Shown one piece after another: positions 46,439 to 56,177 of a stretch of DNA of 64,000 bases; position 1 is the first letter of the stretch, and each line of letters begins with the position of its first letter. The notes below the pieces were generated by a model, which was not told the origin of the DNA, did not search any database, and saw only the letters and a list, made by a program, of their open reading frames with translations. Source of the DNA: Terriglobia bacterium (GTDB lineage: Bacteria; Acidobacteriota; Terriglobia; JAJPHL01; JAPKYU01); contig CBDCVK010000006.1 in assembly GCA_965223005.1 (NCBI GenBank), positions 1 to 64,000 on the forward strand. Reading direction: 5' to 3'. A program made the position numbers and the translations under genes.

Positions 46439-46663
46439 TCAGTCTTGAACCTGTTCCACCACCGGGACACCCACCCGTCGCAGCACCGCTTCTACGCCCT
46501 TCTCATCCAATCGCGTGGCGTCGTATTCCACGATGATGAGTTTCCGGGCTTCGTCTAGCAGGATGCGCCGGATGCCGAAGTAGCCGTGCTGCTCCTGAGT
46601 GCGAGGCAGCAGTTCAGTCCGAAGCTGGCCTTGATAGCGAAACCTGATCTCTACGGTGGTCAT
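46439..46663 (-). CDS. Small conserved-looking hypothetical protein (HMA/ferredoxin-like fold without CxxC)
   Basis: 74 aa; GIRR...D.....I.VEYDATRL pattern; upstream TATGAT and aagg. Confidence 0.7.
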   Translation of the reverse strand: MTTVEIRFRYQGQLRTELLPRTQEQHGYFGIRRILLDEARKLIIVEYDATRLDEKGVEAVLRRVGVPVVEQVQD

Positions 46664-46682
46664 AAGCGAACCGCCTTATCAT

Positions 46683-46845
46683 ACCCGTGAAACTTCCTTG
46701 CCGCTCGTGAGACTTGCTTCCTTTAAGTCCTGGGCGACTGACCCCTGATGAAGGATCCATCTGGTGCCGTCGGCCAAGCCGGACTTCGCGAGCCAGTTAA
46801 GGGGGGAGTTTGAACAAAGTGGTACCTCGCTGACGGCGGACGGGC
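46683..46845. ncRNA. Candidate structured RNA, 6S (SsrS)-like rod
   Basis: Nested pairings cccgt/acggg, gccg.tc.gtgag/ctcgc.ga.cggc, aagtcc/ggactt, tgg.cgac/gtcg.cca with a central unpaired region; strand ambiguous. Confidence 0.45.
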
Positions 46846-46932
46846 CGAGCTGTGGCGCTGTGCTCATTTTTTTGCTACCGTAAGTTCATTTGAGACCGCT
46901 TGTCCGCACTGTGACGGCCCGCGGGCAGACCG

Positions 46933-47742
46933 ATGATCATTATTCCCATCAGCCACGAAGACCTGAGCGGCCGACGGTGGCCCTACGTCACCGCTGCCAT
47001 CCTGCTGCTGAACGTTCTGATCTTCTTGACCACGCACTGGAGTATCCAGAGGCAGCATGGAGCGTTCGTGAAGCGGCTGAACATCGCCTTTGACTACTAT
47101 GTCTCTCACCCCTATCTGGAGCCGAAGCCACCCCTAGACAAGTTCTTGACCCAGATCGCAGGGGCGTCGCGCAAGGACCGGCTCATGGTGGAATCCATGA
47201 AAGCGCTGCACGAAGACTCGGTTCAGGCCCGGGGCGGAGTGAAACCCGCCACCCAGGCCCGCCAGCAGGCGCGACTGGACAAGATGTGCGCGGCGGTGGC
47301 CGAGGCCGAAAAAGCTTCTCCTTTAACGAAGTACGCCTACATCCCCGCCGAGAACAACGCGCTGGGCCTGATTACCTCGCAGTTCCTGCACGGCGGCTGG
47401 ATGCACCTGATCTTCAATATGCTGTTCTTGTGGCTGGCCGGTTGTAACATCGAGGATCGCTGGGGCCGAGTGGTGTTCCCCCTGTTCTACCTGAGCGCTG
47501 GCGTAGTGGCGGCGCTGAGCCACAAAGCTTCCGCCCCGCAGAGTTTCATCCCGTTGATCGGTGCTTCCGGTGCCATTGCGGGCGCCATGGGGGCGTTTCT
47601 GATGAAGTTTGCCCGGACCCGCATCAAGTTTTTCTGGTTCTTTTGGATGTTCTTTTTCATTCGCGCCGGGACTTTCCACGCTCCGGCTTACCTGATGTTG
47701 CCCTTGTGGTTGGGCAGCCAACTTTTTTTTGCGGCCTGTTGA
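46933..47742 (+). CDS. Rhomboid intramembrane serine protease, N-terminal part (frameshift at T8 run)
   Basis: FLHGGWMHLIFNM, IED.WG, catalytic GASG; catalytic His lies in next ORF. Confidence 0.85.
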   Translation: MIIIPISHEDLSGRRWPYVTAAILLLNVLIFLTTHWSIQRQHGAFVKRLNIAFDYYVSHPYLEPKPPLDKFLTQIAGASRKDRLMVESMKALHEDSVQARGGVKPATQARQQARLDKMCAAVAEAEKASPLTKYAYIPAENNALGLITSQFLHGGWMHLIFNMLFLWLAGCNIEDRWGRVVFPLFYLSAGVVAALSHKASAPQSFIPLIGASGAIAGAMGAFLMKFARTRIKFFWFFWMFFFIRAGTFHAPAYLMLPLWLGSQLFFAAC

Positions 47743-48461
47743 CCTCTGGCCAGGGCGGTGGCGTCGCCTTTTGGGCGCACGTTGGCGGATTCGTCTACGG
47801 TGTGGTGTTTGCCCTGGCGCTCGGAGTGAGCGGCATTGAGGAGAAGGTAAACCGCGGAATTGAGGGCCAGATTTCGCTGCATCAGGACCCACAGATCGTC
47901 AAAGCGGGAGAGTTGATTGACGCAGGTCAGACGGCCGAGGCCATTGGTCTGCTGGAGCAAGTCGGGGCAAAGGACCCCAGCAGCGTGGACGCACAACTGG
48001 AATTGCTACGAGCTGCCAAAGCCGCCGAGGACCAGGAGCGGGCAAGGCGCGCCTACGTGCGCCTGATCGGTCTATATGTGAAACAGAACAGCCTGGACAC
48101 GGCTCTGGATCTCTACGAGGAGATGAGTCAAGCGGAACTGGAAACTGCAGTGCCGGCAGCATTGCGGCTGCGCCTGGCCAAACATCTGGAAAAAAGCAAT
48201 TTCCTGGATGGTGCAGCGCAGGAATATTGCAACATCTACAGCAACAGCGCCGCCGACAACACATCCTTCCAGGCGCTACTGGCACACGCCAACCTGATGT
48301 TGCGGATGGGTCGGAAAGCAGAAGCTTTGCAGTTGTTCACCGTCGCCCAGAGCTCCCCTCTTCCTCACCTGGAGTGGGATGCCACCATTGCCCATGGATT
48401 GAAGCAGGCCGAGGCGCTTCCTGATGCAGAGGCACAGTCCTCGGGCACACCAGGTGTCTAG
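47730..48461 (+). CDS. Rhomboid C-terminal part (WAHVGGF helix plus TPR-like domain), other frame
   Basis: GVAFWAHVGGF follows the T8 run in the shifted frame; helical repeat tail. Confidence 0.8.
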   Translation, partial: CGLLTSGQGGGVAFWAHVGGFVYGVVFALALGVSGIEEKVNRGIEGQISLHQDPQIVKAGELIDAGQTAEAIGLLEQVGAKDPSSVDAQLELLRAAKAAEDQERARRAYVRLIGLYVKQNSLDTALDLYEEMSQAELETAVPAALRLRLAKHLEKSNFLDGAAQEYCNIYSNSAADNTSFQALLAHANLMLRMGRKAEALQLFTVAQSSPLPHLEWDATIAHGLKQAEALPDAEAQSSGTPGV

Positions 48462-48586
48462 GCACACAGACTGCGTCGCTGGATGGCCGGTTCGGAGTTG
48501 GAAGCAGGCGCCCTTTCGGGTGCTTGCGTTCCGGCATTCGCAAAGCTACGGCGAACTATAGTCCCGCGGGGATCGCGGCCACCTCG

Positions 48587-49783
48587 TCAGCTTTGCTTGA
48601 GGAAGCTGCCGCCGCGCCGCGGCGGATGCGCCTTGAGTGCCTGTTCATTGGGCTGTGTGCCCCAGCCCGGGGTTTTGCCAAGGATCAGGTAACCGTCCTC
48701 GATCTTCGGCGCGATGGTGAACAGTTCGTCCCTCCAGGGCACGTGATCCATATCGATCTCCATGATCCGGAAGTTAGGGACCGCTGCGACGAAGTGGGCG
48801 CTCATCATGGTCGACAGGTGGCCGTAGAAGTTGTGCGGCGCGATGTTGACCTCGTGGGCCTCGGCCACGGCAGCGATCTTCATCGATTGCCAGACGCCGT
48901 TCCACACCGCGTCAATAATTGCTACGTCCATGGACTGCTGCTCGAAATACGGCCGGAACTCTCGGAGGCCGATTAGGGTTTCGCAGGAACTGATCGGCGT
49001 GGTGCTGCGCCGCCGGACGAGCGCAAGCGCCTCTGGGTTGTAGCTGTCGATCTCGATCCAAAACAACGTCAGTGGCGCCAGGGCGTCGACGATTTTCAGA
49101 TACCCTTCTGTCTTAAAGTTGAAGTTAAGATCGAGCAGGATGTCGATGTCAGGTCCCGCACCCTCGCGGAAGGCTTCCATCTCCGCTCTCAGGCCATGGA
49201 TGACGTCTCGTTCCGCGTTCAGCTCGGGATAGCCACCAGGACGGTTGAATCCCGGAAAGTAACCGGCTGGTGTGCGGTCAAACAAGAAGATGTTGGTCTT
49301 AAGAGCCGTGAAGCGATTTTCCTTTACCTCCCGGCCAAGCGCCTTGACATCATCGAGTGAAGTGACTGGCGGGTAATCGTGCACGTCCGGCCAGTTGACC
49401 CGGTAGGTACCGCAATGGGACCAGTACAGCCGGATCCGCTCGCGCACCGCACCGCCCAGGATCTCGTATGCTGGAACTCCATAGTGCTTCGCTTTGACGT
49501 CCAGCAGCGCGTTTTCAATCGCGCCGATGGCCTCTGCCACGACACCGCCGGCCGCTGGGCGGGTGGAGGCGTAGAGGTCCCAGAAAATCTTTTCTGTGTT
49601 CCGTGGATCCTGACCGATCGTCGGGCCGGCAAGGCCTTCGATCGCTGCACTGACGCCTGGTGAGCCGAAGCCCTCTTGGTACTCGCTCCAGCCAACGAGG
49701 CCAGTATCGGTGGTGAGTTTGACGAACGAGAAATTCCGCCAGCCGGCGTCGCAATGGAGGGTTTCGACGGCTGTGATCTTCAC
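48587..49783 (-). CDS. Mandelate racemase/muconate lactonizing enzyme family protein
   Basis: Enolase-superfamily N-domain (FVKLTTD.G..GW.E, AIENALLD..AK..GVP.Y..LGG), metal ligands D/E/E, APHN. Confidence 0.92.
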   Translation of the reverse strand: MKITAVETLHCDAGWRNFSFVKLTTDTGLVGWSEYQEGFGSPGVSAAIEGLAGPTIGQDPRNTEKIFWDLYASTRPAAGGVVAEAIGAIENALLDVKAKHYGVPAYEILGGAVRERIRLYWSHCGTYRVNWPDVHDYPPVTSLDDVKALGREVKENRFTALKTNIFLFDRTPAGYFPGFNRPGGYPELNAERDVIHGLRAEMEAFREGAGPDIDILLDLNFNFKTEGYLKIVDALAPLTLFWIEIDSYNPEALALVRRRSTTPISSCETLIGLREFRPYFEQQSMDVAIIDAVWNGVWQSMKIAAVAEAHEVNIAPHNFYGHLSTMMSAHFVAAVPNFRIMEIDMDHVPWRDELFTIAPKIEDGYLILGKTPGWGTQPNEQALKAHPPRRGGSFLKQS

Positions 49784-49784
49784 T

Positions 49785-51474
49785 TCACAGGCCTGGCGCG
49801 ACTGGTAACGTTACTCCTCCGCCCGAGCCAATTCCGTCCACGGTGACCTCCACCGCAGCATTCCCGGACTGAAGGCCCTCGGGTACCGTCACGTTGATCT
49901 GATAGAGCCCAACGAAGCCTGGAGCTGCTCCGGCGTGGTGCACGGTTGCCGAGCGGCCGCCGATGGTGACTGTAACGTTGCCGGTCACCGGCGCCGCGCC
50001 CGCCGCCGGTTCGCCCGAGACTTGTGACGGGCGAGTTTCTCCCAGACCGGTAGCGTACAACAGGATTGTCTCTCCAGGGGTGGTCGGTCGTTCCGGTGTC
50101 ACGGGCTCGAAATCGCCATGCAGCGCGACGGCAGTTCCTGTGCCCGTCATGGTGCTGGTAAACAGGGCTGGCAGAGCCGGCCAGATGCGAATCCCCTGGG
50201 GAGCGCCGAACAGGCCGTTGTTGTCAACCACCACGTCGGCGTAAGTCACTCCTGCCAGTTCCACGGGTATCTGGAAGTGGATTTGGGAAGAGCTGTCGTC
50301 GCTCGCTGCCACGGCCAACAGAGGGGCCGCGATGCCACCCACCAGGACCTGCACGCCCGCAAGTTCCCTGGGCAGCGGCTGGCTGGCTGCAAACGCGGTG
50401 GCCGGCGTCAGATCCAGACCAAACATGCTCACCAGTGAGCCCGGGGCGACCGGCGTCGGGTCCGGGGCAAAGCTGGCCGCGCTAACCACACCACCGGGGA
50501 AGATGGCCGGAATGAGCTCAGGACTGCCTTCCAGGTCCCCGCCGACGCCAAACGGTGGCGAACTTGTCCCTCCCTGGGTGGCCACAGCAGTTAGAGCCAC
50601 TGGCCCTTCGCTCAGGCTGCGGAACACACCGCTGTAGACTCCCGCGCCCAGATCGTCCAGGGTGAACTCCGGCTCCAGGTTGCTGGAAGCTACCAGCACC
50701 TCGGCGCCTTCCACCGGTGCACCTGCGGAGTCCGTCACCAGTACCTGAACCTCCAGTGGGAGCTGTGCGGTAGCGATGAATGCCGACGGAGGTTCCAGGA
50801 ATTCTCCTTCTAGCCCTGCCGCCTGCTGGGCGCCTGCAAGGGTGCGGGACAGAGCTATGGTCGGTAGCGCTCCTGTGCCTTCCTCTGCCACTGCCGGACT
50901 GACCAGTAGGACCACCTTCAGCGTGGTCGGAGTGACCCCAGTTCCTAGAAAGACGACTGCCCCTCGATACCTGCCCGCCGCAAGGCCGGCAATATCCACC
51001 TCCACGCTCACGCTGCTGGGCGCGGTACCACTGGTGGGGTCAACGGGTAGTAGCCAGGGGCCGCCATTGCGGGTGCTCACGAAGGTCTCAAAGGGGATGC
51101 TGGGGGCCCCATGGGCCGTCACTTCGACTTCGGCTGGCGCCGGATTTTCTCCGCCTTCTGTGGCTCGGAACACGACGGCGCCCGGCCGGGTACGCAGGCG
51201 CGGCAGCCCGGCTGGCGTTCCGATTCGCAGGACAACCGGAATACTGCGCTCCTCCATCACTGCCCCATCAATTTCCAGCATGACCAGGCCTATGTAAATG
51301 CCGGTTGGCAGGTCCCCGGGCGTGGCGCTGACGTTGATGGTTCCTGGAATCTCGTCGGACTCAGTTTCGATGTTTAACCAGTCACCTCCGCTACTGGTGA
51401 TGGGGGTGGCGGTGAACGTCAACCCGCTCAGGCTTGAATGCAGGCGCACGTCCACCGAGGCCGGGGGCGGTGGT
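49785..51474 (-). CDS. Surface protein, C-terminal part: BACON-like repeats plus TIGR03437-type C-terminal domain
   Basis: WL....SG..P..V.V.V repeats; GVVSAASF...VAPGSLVS.FG, LYATGLG, AP.FVGLYQINV.VP. Confidence 0.85.
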
Positions 51475-52284
51475 CCCGTTGGTGGCGGTAAAGTTGATTA
51501 CGGGCGGAGAAATTTGCACTGCTGTTTGGTTGGAGGTGGATGACTCCTCGGCGCCATTGTCACCGTTACCGGATTGGCCAACGATGCGCAGCCATACGCG
51601 AGCGGTCCTGGTTTTGTCGCCCGCGCTTACCTCCACCATGCCCGTATAGTGGCCGGGCTCCAGACCGTTGGGATCGACCGAAAGCTCGATGGTGTCGGGT
51701 GTCGTTCCGCTGGGAGGGTCAATTGAAAGCCAGTCGCCTTCGCTTGTGGAGTCTTCTGCTGTCCAGTCCAACTCCCCATGCCCGGCGCTCTTCACGTGCA
51801 GTGTCTTTGGGGCCGGGGGAGGGCCGTCGGGATGCATGATGAAATTAAAGGCCCGCGGATGGATCACCAGGTTCGCCGGCGCTGGTGGTCGCACTAGCAG
51901 CCTTACACGGACCTCAACGGAGGTATCTCCGCTGGTGACGGTAATCGAGCCATCGTGCTGGCCGGCTGACAGACCCTCGCCGTCCACGGTTGCGGTGATG
52001 GCCCCGGGTCCAGTACTCGAGGTGGGGTCAATATCCAGCCAAGTTCCCATGGGCGTCGCCGTCCACTCGAATTCTTCGCCGCCCGTGGGACTGAAAACTG
52101 TCAGGGTGCGCGGCTCGGGGTTGTCGCCCCCCTCGGCCATGTGAAAGACCAACGCCCGCGGCCGCGCCAGAACCGCTGGCCCCCCGGCTCCGCCATTGGG
52201 CGGACCCTGGGCTAGCGCAAGTGCGCCGGCCAAGAAGCTAACTGTGCAAAACAATGCGGAAGTCTTTAGGCGAATGGATAGCAC
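51391..52284 (-). CDS. Surface protein, N-terminal part: signal peptide plus BACON-like repeats (frameshift near 51476)
   Basis: RBS aggagg before GTG 52284; signal peptide ending ALA; WL.IDP.SG/ST repeats. Confidence 0.8.
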   Translation of the reverse strand: MLSIRLKTSALFCTVSFLAGALALAQGPPNGGAGGPAVLARPRALVFHMAEGGDNPEPRTLTVFSPTGGEEFEWTATPMGTWLDIDPTSSTGPGAITATVDGEGLSAGQHDGSITVTSGDTSVEVRVRLLVRPPAPANLVIHPRAFNFIMHPDGPPPAPKTLHVKSAGHGELDWTAEDSTSEGDWLSIDPPSGTTPDTIELSVDPNGLEPGHYTGMVEVSAGDKTRTARVWLRIVGQSGNGDNGAEESSTSNQTAVQISPPVINFTATNGTTAPGLGGRAPAFKPERVDVHRHPHHQ

Positions 52285-52325
52285 CGAAGTTTTCCTCCTG
52301 ACAGCAGGGTACAATTCACCGGCAA

Positions 52326-52335
52326 GGGGGGGGGG
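52326..52335. repeat. G10/C10 homopolymer upstream of the surface protein gene
   Basis: Ten consecutive G on the plus strand. Confidence 0.9.
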
Positions 52336-52503
52336 TAAACCTGATTCTCTGGTAACTGCAGGGCTGCTGTCAATCTAACTTTCGTACTGGCAGTACTACG
52401 GGCACATAGAGGGGATCTCCTTGCCGTCATCCGTCGGACGGAGTTCCATCTGAGTTAAGAGAGATGGAGCCGCTTTGGCGTAAGATTATCCGGAGGTTTT
52501 CTG

Positions 52504-53859
52504 ATGCATCCGATCCTGATTCTAGCAATCGCGGTGGTGCTCATTTTTCTCCTCATCATCCGGCTGCACGTGAACGCCTTCATTGCGCTCATCACCGGCG
52601 CGCTGGTGGTGGGAATCCTTTCGCCACGGGTGCCGTTGGCCGACGCCATGAAGGAAGCCACGCGCATCTTTGGGGAAACGGCCGGCAAGATTGGGATTGT
52701 CATTGCGCTGGCTGCCGTCATTGGGCAGTGCCTGATGGAAAGCGGTGCAGCCGACAAGATTACGCGCCGCATTGTCGGATTCCTCGGCGAGAAGTTTTCT
52801 TCGCTGTCCCTTCTCGGGAGCGGTTACGTTCTGGCAGTGCCGGTGTTCTTCGACACAGTATTTTATTTGCTGATCCCGCTGGCCCGCGCGATGCGCGTGC
52901 GGACAGGCAAGAACTACCTGCTGTACGTCATGTCCATCTGCGCAGGTGCTGCGGTGACCCATTCTCTGGTCCCGCCAACCCCCGGTCCCGTAGCCATGGC
53001 GACGACGCTTCAGGTGGACCTGGGAATGGTGATCCTAGTGGGAATTTCCGTGGCTTTACCTGCTTCCTTCGCCGGCTGGCTGTATGCGAATTATATGGAC
53101 CGCAAGATGCACGTGGAGTTTCGGGAAGCCCCGGGCCTGCGAATGGAGGAGCTAAAGGAACTGGCTCTGAAACCTGAAAGCGAGCTACCGAGCTTTGTGG
53201 TTTCACTGCTTCCCATCGTGCTCCCCATCGTTTTCATCACCTCGAACACTGTGGTGAGCTCCCTCGACAAGGGTAGCTCTTTGGCGCAGGTGACAGCTTT
53301 CCTGGGAAATCCCAGTTTCGCGTTGTTGGTTTCCACCGCGATTGCTCTTTACATCCTGGCCCGTCAAAAGGGCTACTCACTGGCGCAGTTAGCCCAGCCT
53401 GTGGAAACCGGTCTGGCCAGTGGAGGAATCATCATTCTGATCACCAGTGCCGGGGGAGCCTTTGGCGGAATGCTGGTGATGGCAGGCGTGGGAGACATGC
53501 TGAATCAACTCTCCCAACATCTTGGGCTCTCGGTCCTGCTGCTGGCCTTTTTTCTGGCATCTCTGTTCAAGATTGCCCAGGGCTCCGGGACAGTGGCTAT
53601 GATTACTACTGCGGCCATCGTGAGCCCCTTGGTTCAACCGGCAGCCTTGCCCTTCCATCCGGTCTATATCACCATGGCGATCGGCGCAGGCTCCAAAATC
53701 GGCTCTTGGATGAATGACAGCGGTTTTTGGGTGGTGAAGCAGATGTCCGGGCTGACGGAGATGGAAACCCTGAAAACATGGTCGCTCATGCTCGCCATTA
53801 TGGGCGTGGTGGCTTTCGCCGTGACCGCCCTGGCCAGCTGGCTGTTCCCGCTGGTGTAG
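52504..53859 (+). CDS. GntP-family gluconate/sugar-acid:H+ symporter
   Basis: ESGAADKI, PVFFD, H.LVPPTPGP, AGGAFG, AQGSGTVA, WMNDSGFW. Confidence 0.95.
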   Translation: MHPILILAIAVVLIFLLIIRLHVNAFIALITGALVVGILSPRVPLADAMKEATRIFGETAGKIGIVIALAAVIGQCLMESGAADKITRRIVGFLGEKFSSLSLLGSGYVLAVPVFFDTVFYLLIPLARAMRVRTGKNYLLYVMSICAGAAVTHSLVPPTPGPVAMATTLQVDLGMVILVGISVALPASFAGWLYANYMDRKMHVEFREAPGLRMEELKELALKPESELPSFVVSLLPIVLPIVFITSNTVVSSLDKGSSLAQVTAFLGNPSFALLVSTAIALYILARQKGYSLAQLAQPVETGLASGGIIILITSAGGAFGGMLVMAGVGDMLNQLSQHLGLSVLLLAFFLASLFKIAQGSGTVAMITTAAIVSPLVQPAALPFHPVYITMAIGAGSKIGSWMNDSGFWVVKQMSGLTEMETLKTWSLMLAIMGVVAFAVTALASWLFPLV

Positions 53860-54090
53860 TGCGACCCCGCTTGTGTAGTGAAACTTGGTGAGGTGCTTGG
53901 CGGAGGGAGAAGGCGCCAGGGCGGCTGGCGTATGATTCCGGACGAACGTAAAGTTAAAGTAGAAGATCTCCGCTCAACCTATTCTATTAAAAGCTACTTG
54001 TGGTCTGTCGGGCACAGGACACCCGCCTGGGGTGCCCGGAGACCGGCACGTTTTTTGTCTAGGATTCCGAAAACTAAACGATCTGTTGGA

Positions 54091-55311
54091 CTACTCGTAC
54101 CGTAGTGCTTCGATCGGGTCTAGAAGGGCAGCCTTATGCGCAGGGTAAAAGCCAAAGAAGACCCCGACAAAGCCGGAGAAGGCAACTGCGATGACGATCG
54201 AGACAGGAGAAAGTAACGTTGGCCAGCCCAGAAGTCCAGAGATAGCATAGGAACCACCAACGCCGGTCGTCACCCCTAGGAGACCGCCCAGAGTGCATAG
54301 GACCATCGACTCGGCCAAGAACTGCACGCGTATTTGGTTGGGACGAGCGCCGATGGCCATTCGGATGCCGATCTCTCGGGTGCGTTCGGTCACGGCTACA
54401 AGCATGATGTTCATGATGCCGATGCCTCCTACAAGAAGAGAGACGGCGGCAATGCTGGCGAGCAAGGCAGTTAGAATGCGATTGGTAGCTGCAGCGGCAT
54501 CCGCAATGTCGCTCAGGTTCCGCACGGAGAAGTCATCGTCCTGTACAGCCCGCAGACGGTGGCGCTGGCGCAGCGTGGCTTTGATTTGCTGCTCCGCAGT
54601 GTAGGTGGCGCGCGCACTGACCGCGGAGACCATGGCTGACTGGATGTGCATAATCCCGCCCAGCAGTTTCTTTTGTGCCGTAGTGTAAGGAACAATGATG
54701 ACGTCATCCTGATCCCGTCCCCACCGATTTTGTCCCTTCACATCCAAGACTCCCAATACGTGGAAGGGCAGGTTGCGAATCCGGATCGTTTGGCCCACGG
54801 GGTCGCTTCCTGAGAACAGAATGTCGCCTAAAGTCTGACCTAGAACCGCCACCCTTGCGGACGTCTTCACGTGGCCTTCGTCGAAAAAGGTTCCGCGCAC
54901 TACTTGCCATTTGCGTATTTCGGGGAAATGCTGGTTAAAACCTTCTACTCGTGTATTCCAATTTTGGTTGCCGAAAACGACCTGGGCCAGGGTCCCCACA
55001 CTGGGGCTCGCAATATGCACGGAAGGGCATTCCTGCACGATAGCCGCAATATCCGCCGGAGTCAGGGTATTCACCGTGCCTGGGCCGCCCTGGAGTCCCC
55101 AAGCGCGCCGGCTGCCGGCTCTGAGGTAGAGCATGTTGGTGCCCATGGCAGCGATCTGTTCTTGGACTTGTTGCTGGGCCCCTTGCCCCAGGCTGACCAT
55201 GGAAATCAAGGCGGCGACGCCGATAATGATGCCGAGCATCGTCAGAATCGACCGGATCTTGTTACGCCTCAGAGCTCTGAGGGAAATTCGGAGAATCATT
55301 TGCAGATTCAT
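54091..55311 (-). CDS. MacB/FtsX-like ABC transporter permease
   Basis: RS.LTMLGIIIGV, GGIGIMNIMLV.VTERTREIGIR.AIGA, LDPIEALRYE. Confidence 0.95.
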   Translation of the reverse strand: MNLQMILRISLRALRRNKIRSILTMLGIIIGVAALISMVSLGQGAQQQVQEQIAAMGTNMLYLRAGSRRAWGLQGGPGTVNTLTPADIAAIVQECPSVHIASPSVGTLAQVVFGNQNWNTRVEGFNQHFPEIRKWQVVRGTFFDEGHVKTSARVAVLGQTLGDILFSGSDPVGQTIRIRNLPFHVLGVLDVKGQNRWGRDQDDVIIVPYTTAQKKLLGGIMHIQSAMVSAVSARATYTAEQQIKATLRQRHRLRAVQDDDFSVRNLSDIADAAAATNRILTALLASIAAVSLLVGGIGIMNIMLVAVTERTREIGIRMAIGARPNQIRVQFLAESMVLCTLGGLLGVTTGVGGSYAISGLLGWPTLLSPVSIVIAVAFSGFVGVFFGFYPAHKAALLDPIEALRYE

Positions 55312-55386
55312 GGCGTGCCTCGTTTATGAATTCGGACGCACCGCACAGTAACGCTCGCACGGTATTCCGCCCGGGCTCGGAATCGT

Positions 55387-56175
55387 TTAGAGAAGTTGGT
55401 TTGCATTCTCCTCATCCCGTTGAATGCGGCCGTCTCTCATGTGGATGATCCGAGCGGCGTAGGCGGCTATATCGGCCTCGTGGGTCACCAGGAGCAATGT
55501 GAGACCATGCTGAGCGTTGAGATCACGGAGGAAACGCATGATCTCCTGCGAAGTAACACTATCCAGGTTTCCCGTGGGCTCGTCCGCCAGCAGGAGTGCC
55601 GGGCGATTGACCAGTGCCCGAGCCACGGCCACCCGTTGCTGCTGGCCTCCAGAAAGCTGAGTGGGCAGGGCATTCGCTTTTTCCGCAATTCCGACAGTCT
55701 CGAGCACCTGCCGGACCCGGTGGCCGCGCTCCGCCTTTGGCAAGCCGGCATAGAGTAGGGGCGCCTCTACATTTTCCCAGACCGTCGTCCGCGGCAAGAG
55801 ATTGAAATTCTGGAAGACAAAGCCAATCTTTCGATTACGAATGTCGGAACGCTGGGCGGAGGAGAGATCGGACGCATCCTCGCCGTCCAGAAGATAAGTC
55901 CCGCTGGACGGTCGGTCCAGGCATCCTACGATATTGAGCATTGTGGATTTGCCCGAACCAGAAGCCCCCATCATGCCCAAAAACTGACCCCGTGGAATTT
56001 CCAAGGAAATATCTTGGAGGGCGCGTACAGTTTGCTCGCCCAAGCTGTAATTCTTATGGATATGTTGAAGAGAAATGAGACTTGATGACGCCGCTTCTTG
56101 GTCCTCTGCCTTCCCGTTCGCGCTTACGCTTGTTCCCATACGCGCTTCATGCAGGTTCGCTTGTGGATTCGGCAC
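55387..56175 (-). CDS. ABC transporter ATP-binding protein (MacB/LolD-type)
   Basis: [38 protein letters not shown]. Confidence 0.96.
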   Translation of the reverse strand: MPNPQANLHEARMGTSVSANGKAEDQEAASSSLISLQHIHKNYSLGEQTVRALQDISLEIPRGQFLGMMGASGSGKSTMLNIVGCLDRPSSGTYLLDGEDASDLSSAQRSDIRNRKIGFVFQNFNLLPRTTVWENVEAPLLYAGLPKAERGHRVRQVLETVGIAEKANALPTQLSGGQQQRVAVARALVNRPALLLADEPTGNLDSVTSQEIMRFLRDLNAQHGLTLLLVTHEADIAAYAARIIHMRDGRIQRDEENANQLL

Positions 56176-56177
56176 GG

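Noticed and set aside
46704-46724. Minus-strand CAGG-ACU-UAAA-GGA-AGCA resembling SRP RNA helix 8
   Set aside because: Loop is not GNRA and the stem pairs poorly
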